Source of the DNA: an uncultured Acidobacteriota bacterium | Lineage (GTDB): Bacteria > Acidobacteriota > Thermoanaerobaculia > Gp7-AA8 | Assembly (NCBI GenBank): GCA_963822445.1 | Contig: CAWGHO010000003.1 | Span: 1,120,001 to 1,184,000 of the forward strand | Length of the DNA stretch: 64,000 nt | Direction of reading: 5' to 3' | Shown: positions 58,734 to 64,000 of the stretch, one piece after another | Layout: each line of letters opens with the position of its first letter | Position numbering within the stretch: the stretch's first letter is position 1 | Position numbers and translations under genes: made by a program | The notes under the pieces: generated by a model | The model's input: only the letters and a program-made list of their open reading frames with translations | Told to the model about the DNA's origin: nothing | Database searches by the model: none

Positions 58734-61700
58734 ATGACCCAGGAGACCCGCCGCAACATCTTTCGGTACGGCATCGCCATCGATCTGGTGATCCTGGCGA
58801 CCGGAATAGGAATGATGTTGCCGATGTCGCCGCGGGCGCTGGTGATCATGTACGTCGGCGCGATCGCGCTGACGGTGTGGAAGGGCGGGTGGAAGGGCGG
58901 TCTCGCGGCGTTGGGGCTGTCGGTGCTCGCGCTGCTGTCGATGTTCCCGTCGGAGACCGGCGCGGCGCAGCTCATCGAGCTCACCGGTGCCGCGGTCGCC
59001 GCCGGCGCGATCATCAGCGCCGCGCAGGTTCCGCGCATGCCCGTGATGCAGCCCGCCGCCGCGGCGCTGCGCTCGAACGTCGTCGCGTTCAATGCTTCTG
59101 TCATCGATGAGGAAGAAATCGCGCGCGAATCGCTAGAGCGTCATCGCATCGCGCGCACGCTCGAGAAGACTGCGGCGATTCAGATTGAAACGCTTCGTCG
59201 TGATGCCGAACGAGCGCGTCGCGAAGCCGAGGAAATGGCCGTACGCGAGCGCGAAGCAGCGGAACGCGCCGTTCAGGAAGAAGCGCGGCGCCTGGCCGAG
59301 CAACAGCGGCGCGCCGCGGAAGAAGAAGTCCTGCGCCGCGCCGAAGAGGAGCATCGCGCTGCGGAGGCCCGCGAGCGCGAGCGGATGGAACGGCACCGCG
59401 TCGAAGAGGATCGCGCCGTCGCGGAGCGCAATCGCGCGGCCGAGGAGCTCGCCGGGCAGCTCGCGCGCGAGCGGGAAGAGATGGAACGCATCGCTCGCGC
59501 CGAAGCGGAGCGCATCGCCGAGGAACAGCGGCGTGTCGAAGCGGAACTGACGCAGCAGCTCGCCCGCGAGCGCGAAGAAGCGCAGCGTCTCCTCCAGGAG
59601 CGGCTCGAGACCGAACGCCGCGTCGCTGAAGAAGAACTGCGGTCGCGTCTCGAAGCCGAGCGCGAAGCGTTGCGCGTGCAGATGGAGAAGCAGCTCGCCG
59701 CGGAGCGCGAAGCGATCGAGCGGGAAGCTGCCGCGCGCGTCGAGGCTGCGCGGAAAGCCGCTGAAGAAGAAGCCAGCCGTCGTGTCGCGGAAACGGCCAC
59801 GAAGCGGGTCCCGCCGCCGGCGCCGAAGCACACGGTCGTCGATTCGCTCAAGCAGACGTTCAGCGGCTGGTTTCAGAGCGCCGAGCCGCACCGGCCCGTG
59901 CCGCCGAAGCGAAAAATCGCGACCAACGTGGCGCCGCCGCGAAAGGCAGCGACGACGAACGGGTCGCCGGCACGCCGGGTCACGCGATCGCAACCGGTTC
60001 AGCGCAAGCCGCGGCTGCTGATGGTCGAGCGCCGTCGCGCCACCGCGGACACCGCCGCGCCGAAGTTGCGCCAGCGCGGCATGGAAGTCGGCGTGGTCGA
60101 GCGATGGGTCGACGCTGTGGACGAGATCTTCCGCGTTCGCCCCGATGCCATCGTCCTCGACGTCGAGCATCCCGAGTTCGAGAAGATCCACTACACGCTG
60201 ACAACCAAGTACAGCGACATGCCGATCGTCCTCAGTGGACGGTCGAGCACTGCCGCTCCTGCCACGTCCCGCCGCGCCGCGTTCGTCGTCCGGCCGTACG
60301 ACGTGGACGAACTGGTGCGGCTGGCGGAAAAGGCGAGCTCGCGTCCGGAGGATCTGCTGGCCGAGCAGGCCGCGCCGCGTGTCGCACCGAAAGCGCCGGT
60401 GGCACCGGCGTCGCGGCCAATCGCCGAACAGAGGCCGCAACCGCGACCCGTTGCCGTTGCGCCGGTGGTTGTTTCTTCTGCACCCTCGGACACATACGAG
60501 GTCGGTTGCTTCTCCTGCCGCGTCGAATTCGATGCCGTCGAAGCAGACTGGTGCAGCTGCCTGGCGAAAGAGCGCTCGCTGGTCTGCACGAACTGCCTTT
60601 CCTGCTTCTGCAAAGCACCTCCCGCGTACAAAGAGAAGTTCTGGGTCGAAGCACCGCCGCGACTGTTCGAGCGCAAGACCTCCGACGCGCGCCGGCAGCA
60701 GAATGTGCTTCCGCCGAATCCTGCGCCAGCCGATGTGAAGCGGCCCCTGGTCCTCACCGTCGAAGACGACGAGGACATCCAGGCCATCATCGCCCGCGTC
60801 TGCTCGAACCTCGGCTACGGCTTCATCTACGCAACCAACGGTCAGGACGGCCTCGAGGTCGCGCGTGAATACCGGCCGAACCTCATCCTCTCCGACGCGT
60901 TCATGCCGAAGCTCGACGGCCGGGAGATGTGCCGCATCCTCAAGGAAGACCCGGGCTTCGATTGCAAGATGGTCGTGATGACCGGCCTGTACACCGACAC
61001 GAAGTATCGGAGCGAGGCCCTCAAGCGGTTCCACGTCGACGACTACATCGCCAAGCCCGTCTCCATCACCGATCTGATCAACCTTCTGCAGAGACATCTG
61101 GAAGGCATCGCCGGTCTTCCCATGCAGGAAGATCTGCACGAGCTTCATCGCCAGGACATCTTCGAGGAGGAGGATGAGCTCGAGAGCAGTCTGGAAGGGG
61201 AGCCGGCCGAGGAAGGGATTGCGCTGGCTGATCTGCTCGACACGCCACGGACGATCGAAGTGCGGCCGCGGCTCGTTGCCGTTCCGAAGAGCGACTCCTA
61301 CGACGTCTGCTGCTTCAACTGCCAGAACACCTTCGACGCGACCCGCGCGGATTGGTGCACGTGCGTGGGCCGCGATCAGACCGTGGTCTGCACGCACTGC
61401 GGCGGATGCTTCTGCAAGTCTCCCGCGGCGTACAAAGAGCGGTTCTGGATGGACGCGCCGCCGTCGCTGTTCGAGCGGAAGATGCTCGGCTCGAAGCGGC
61501 ACCATGGCGAGAAGGCCAATCCTGTTCCGTCCGACGTCAAGCGTCCGCTGATCCTGCTCGTTGAAGACGACGAGAACGTGCAACTGATAGTGAAGACAGT
61601 CGTTACGACGATGGGCTTTGGATTCGTGGTCGGTGCGAACGGGCAGGAAGGCCTGAGCCTCGCCCGCGAGTACAACCCCGACCTCATCCTGTCCGACGCG

Positions 61701-61931
61701 TTCATGCCGAAGCTCGATGGACGGGAGATGTGCCGCCTGTTGAAAGAGGATCCGGCGACGTCGCGCTCGAAGGCGATCATCATGACCGGCCTGTACACCG
61801 ATCGTAAGTACCGCAACGAGGCCCTCGACTACTTCAAGGTCGACGATTACGTGGCCAAGCCGCTGGCCGTCGACGATCTGATCAAACTGTTCAAGAAGCA
61901 TCTGCCCCAGGAAGTCCAGGCGGCGAACTAA
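58734..61931 (+). CDS. Membrane-anchored multi-receiver protein: TM domain, coiled coil, degenerate REC, two (8-Cys module + REC) repeats
   Basis: N-terminal hydrophobic helices; two copies of CxxC...WCxC...CxxCxxCFC each followed by VEDDE..SDAFMPKLDG..MTG..KP. Confidence 0.85.
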   Translation: MTQETRRNIFRYGIAIDLVILATGIGMMLPMSPRALVIMYVGAIALTVWKGGWKGGLAALGLSVLALLSMFPSETGAAQLIELTGAAVAAGAIISAAQVPRMPVMQPAAAALRSNVVAFNASVIDEEEIARESLERHRIARTLEKTAAIQIETLRRDAERARREAEEMAVREREAAERAVQEEARRLAEQQRRAAEEEVLRRAEEEHRAAEARERERMERHRVEEDRAVAERNRAAEELAGQLAREREEMERIARAEAERIAEEQRRVEAELTQQLAREREEAQRLLQERLETERRVAEEELRSRLEAEREALRVQMEKQLAAEREAIEREAAARVEAARKAAEEEASRRVAETATKRVPPPAPKHTVVDSLKQTFSGWFQSAEPHRPVPPKRKIATNVAPPRKAATTNGSPARRVTRSQPVQRKPRLLMVERRRATADTAAPKLRQRGMEVGVVERWVDAVDEIFRVRPDAIVLDVEHPEFEKIHYTLTTKYSDMPIVLSGRSSTAAPATSRRAAFVVRPYDVDELVRLAEKASSRPEDLLAEQAAPRVAPKAPVAPASRPIAEQRPQPRPVAVAPVVVSSAPSDTYEVGCFSCRVEFDAVEADWCSCLAKERSLVCTNCLSCFCKAPPAYKEKFWVEAPPRLFERKTSDARRQQNVLPPNPAPADVKRPLVLTVEDDEDIQAIIARVCSNLGYGFIYATNGQDGLEVAREYRPNLILSDAFMPKLDGREMCRILKEDPGFDCKMVVMTGLYTDTKYRSEALKRFHVDDYIAKPVSITDLINLLQRHLEGIAGLPMQEDLHELHRQDIFEEEDELESSLEGEPAEEGIALADLLDTPRTIEVRPRLVAVPKSDSYDVCCFNCQNTFDATRADWCTCVGRDQTVVCTHCGGCFCKSPAAYKERFWMDAPPSLFERKMLGSKRHHGEKANPVPSDVKRPLILLVEDDENVQLIVKTVVTTMGFGFVVGANGQEGLSLAREYNPDLILSDAFMPKLDGREMCRLLKEDPATSRSKAIIMTGLYTDRKYRNEALDYFKVDDYVAKPLAVDDLIKLFKKHLPQEVQAAN

Positions 61932-61973
61932 ACCGCTGGCGTATCTCCTGCATTTGTCGAGTTCGGCAAACCG

Positions 61974-63029
61974 ATGATTGCGACGAAGCTATTAGCGCTT
62001 GCATTGATGGCGGCGCTCAACCCGCTCGTGGCCCGTGCGCCCGAACCGCGCGGCATGACTCCCGAAAATTGCGAAGTCAGCGACGCGCCGCCGATGCCGC
62101 GCACGGTCATCGCTGCCGCGGATCTTCCCGGTGAGGAATCGGCGATGCCCCTTCCGCCGGTCAGGCCGGCCGCGCGCGCGTTGCCGGCATCGACTTCGTC
62201 CGCTCACGTCTCCGAGTTGAAACGCGCGCTGGCCGCGAACGACCGTCCCGCGTTCGACGCGGCGCTGGCGCGCGCGAAGGAAGATGGGGTGGCGACGCGC
62301 GTCTACGAGGACATCGCCCGCATCTGGGACGCGCAGTTCCAGTCGCCGTTCTTCGCCGAGGATTCGGATGCGTATCGCGTGGCGAGCTCGTATCCGGGAT
62401 ACGCGGAGGCGGTGCGCCGTCAGGTGTTCACCGATGCCAGCGGCAGGAAGTACTACCCGGCCGCGGAGTCCCGCGCATTCGTCGCGACGCACGCCGGCGT
62501 GCGATCGCCGACCTCGCGTCGCATCACGACGACGACTGACAGAAAACCTGCTCCGACGCCATCCAGAACGACTCCATCGCGAACGACCACTCGCCGGTCC
62601 ACGCCGGCGACGTCCGGCAAAACAGCAAGCTCAAAACCCGCCGCGAGCAGAAAGAAGGCGCCGCCGAGCTCACCCGATCCCTCGGCACCGCCCAGGATCG
62701 CCGCGCGGGAGCCCGCGCCGGTGGTGGCTTCTCCGGCCGTCGAGAAATCGCCGGCCAGTGCACCACCGGCCGCGGGGATGTTGGACACCGCGGCGCCGTC
62801 CCCGCCAGCCGCCGATCCGATGGCAACCGACACGGACACCAGGCTGACTGACACGGTGGCCGCCGACACGATGACCACGTCCGCCGTCACGGAAACCGGC
62901 ACCACGGCTCCGGTCACGACCACCACCGCCGCCGCGGAACCGGCGAAGGGCCGGCCGATCCTCATCCCGGCGATCCTCATCCTGATCGGCCTGGGCGTGC
63001 TGATCCTCCTTTTCCGCACCAAGGCCTAG
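61974..63029 (+). CDS. Exported Pro/Thr/Ser-rich protein with a C-terminal membrane anchor
   Basis: Signal peptide, low-complexity stalk, ILIPAILILIGLGVLILLF-RTKA. Confidence 0.75.
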   Translation: MIATKLLALALMAALNPLVARAPEPRGMTPENCEVSDAPPMPRTVIAAADLPGEESAMPLPPVRPAARALPASTSSAHVSELKRALAANDRPAFDAALARAKEDGVATRVYEDIARIWDAQFQSPFFAEDSDAYRVASSYPGYAEAVRRQVFTDASGRKYYPAAESRAFVATHAGVRSPTSRRITTTTDRKPAPTPSRTTPSRTTTRRSTPATSGKTASSKPAASRKKAPPSSPDPSAPPRIAAREPAPVVASPAVEKSPASAPPAAGMLDTAAPSPPAADPMATDTDTRLTDTVAADTMTTSAVTETGTTAPVTTTTAAAEPAKGRPILIPAILILIGLGVLILLFRTKA

Positions 63030-63061
63030 AACGAAATCTCCAATCAGGTCAGGGTGTTGAG

Positions 63062-63067
63062 TACAAT
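63062..63067 (+). promoter_or_regulatory. -10 element (TACAAT) for the tRNA
   Basis: TACAAT 18 nt upstream of the tRNA 5' end. Confidence 0.5.
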
Positions 63068-63085
63068 CCGCACTCCTTCCGTCAT

Positions 63086-63162
63086 GCGCCCGTAGCTCAG
63101 CTGGATAGAGCGTTCGCCTCCGGAGCGAAAGGTCGCAGGTTCGAATCCTGCCGGGCGCACCA
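63086..63162 (+). tRNA. tRNA-Arg(CCG)
   Basis: Acceptor stem gcgcccg/cgggcgc, D-arm agctcagctggatagagc, anticodon arm ttcgc-ctCCGga-gcgaa, ggttcgaatcc T-loop, encoded CCA. Confidence 0.97.
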
Positions 63163-63170
63163 AAACAATC

Positions 63171-63449
63171 TCACCGCCGCCGCGTCAACGAAGACTCGAG
63201 CACATCCTCTTTTTCCTCTTCCTCCACTTCACAGCCGAGGATGAAGCCGACCACGGTGAGGAGCGCACTTACGCCGATTGCAGCGAGCGGCCAGCCGGGA
63301 ATCGTGGCGAAGAACGCGATGCCCAGCAGGCCCGCGGCCATGAGGTAGAACGAGGCCTGGATGTGTCGCCGCCAGGTTGCGTGGCAGGCGATGCAAACAG
63401 CGGCGAGCGTGATGGCGCCCATGAACAACTGAAAGATCTTCGGTTCCAT
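63171..63449 (-). CDS. Small membrane protein (92 aa, 3 TM, acidic tail)
   Basis: Start reassigned to MEPKIFQLF behind a GGAG SD. Confidence 0.65.
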   Translation of the reverse strand: MEPKIFQLFMGAITLAAVCIACHATWRRHIQASFYLMAAGLLGIAFFATIPGWPLAAIGVSALLTVVGFILGCEVEEEEKEDVLESSLTRRR

Positions 63450-63602
63450 CTTGGTCTCCAGGCCTCGCTCTCCGGAGTCCGCGGTGATCCACAGGCCGTG
63501 CCCCGGAGTCCGCGTCGAGGTACTTATCCGGAGCGACGTGACGCAGAACACAACCGGCTGAGACTTCGCGCCTGCGATTTGCATCGCATAATCGCCTCGG
63601 AA

Positions 63603-64000
63603 ATGATCAGCCCGGCCCCTACCGCGTCTCTTCAGCACGTGGTGCGCTTGAAAGAGACCGGAGATCTCGATCGCGCCGCGCGTGCAGCCGAAGATGCGCT
63701 TCGGCACGAGAGCGATTCCTCCGATCAACTCGCGTTGCTCCGCGAGCTCGCCGACATCCAGGCGAAGAAAGGGCAGTGGGCTCTCGCGCAGCAGGCCATC
63801 GATCGCGGGCTCGCGCTCGTCGACCGGTTGCGCGACGACGAAGCGCGCGATGCGTTGCTCGAGCGCCGCGCCTGGGTTTTCTTTCGCGAAGGCAAGATCG
63901 CCGAGGCCAAGCGGCTTTGTGAGGAGATGCTCGGGCGGCTGCGCGATTCGAATCGCGTCGGCCTGCTCGCTGACCTCCTCAATACCCGCGGTGGCATCGC
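63603..64000 (+). CDS. TPR protein (partial, runs off the window)
   Basis: Open frame MISPAPTASLQH...LADIQAKKGQWALAQQAIDRGLAL...AWVFFREGKIAEAKRLCEE. Confidence 0.7.
   Translation, partial: MISPAPTASLQHVVRLKETGDLDRAARAAEDALRHESDSSDQLALLRELADIQAKKGQWALAQQAIDRGLALVDRLRDDEARDALLERRAWVFFREGKIAEAKRLCEEMLGRLRDSNRVGLLADLLNTRGGI

Noticed and set aside
57780-59790. Repetitive GCC/GAG-rich sequence
   Set aside because: Explained by coiled-coil Ala/Glu/Arg coding regions in two proteins
63086-63200. tRNA-Arg as an integration site
   Set aside because: No integrase nearby and no duplicated tRNA 3' end seen within the window

Overview
High-GC bacterial chromosomal segment. The gene repertoire (Oar-type TonB-dependent receptor, several Hanks kinases, TPR proteins) suggests Acidobacteriota, possibly Thermoanaerobaculia-like; this is inference only. 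Mostly housekeeping and metabolic genes (PP2C phosphatase, dat, RluA family, glpX, rpsD, glk, ychF, kdpDE-like pair with kup, dinB, glycosyltransferases, radical SAM enzymes, tRNA-Arg(CCG)). Three accessory loci stand out. (1) 24.9-40.4 kb: four paralogous membrane Ser/Thr kinase-TPR receptors. Three are each directly followed by a small, highly divergent partner gene sharing a Y-x-I...DPE[IV][ED]N[ED] motif that resembles the self-cleaving DP-EP/DUF1888 proteins. The kinases have related promoter/leader sequences and sit downstream of a TonB-dependent receptor. (2) 12.1-14.2 kb: an ECF sigma factor, a soluble zinc-finger anti-sigma/TPR protein and an unannotated 22-aa hydrophobic peptide gene, an arrangement like RRNPP peptide signalling. 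(3) 49.2-52.6 kb: an AT-richer LRR-Roc-COR gene bounded by complementary integron core/inverse-core sites, like an orphan gene cassette. Also seen: divergent gene pairs whose start codons almost touch, hairpins built from 7-8-nt tandem units, and three genes with frameshifts (glpX, an SDR, DUF2569) that may be assembly errors. No CRISPR array, rRNA, integrase or transposase was seen. All family assignments come from motif recognition by eye; no searches were run.
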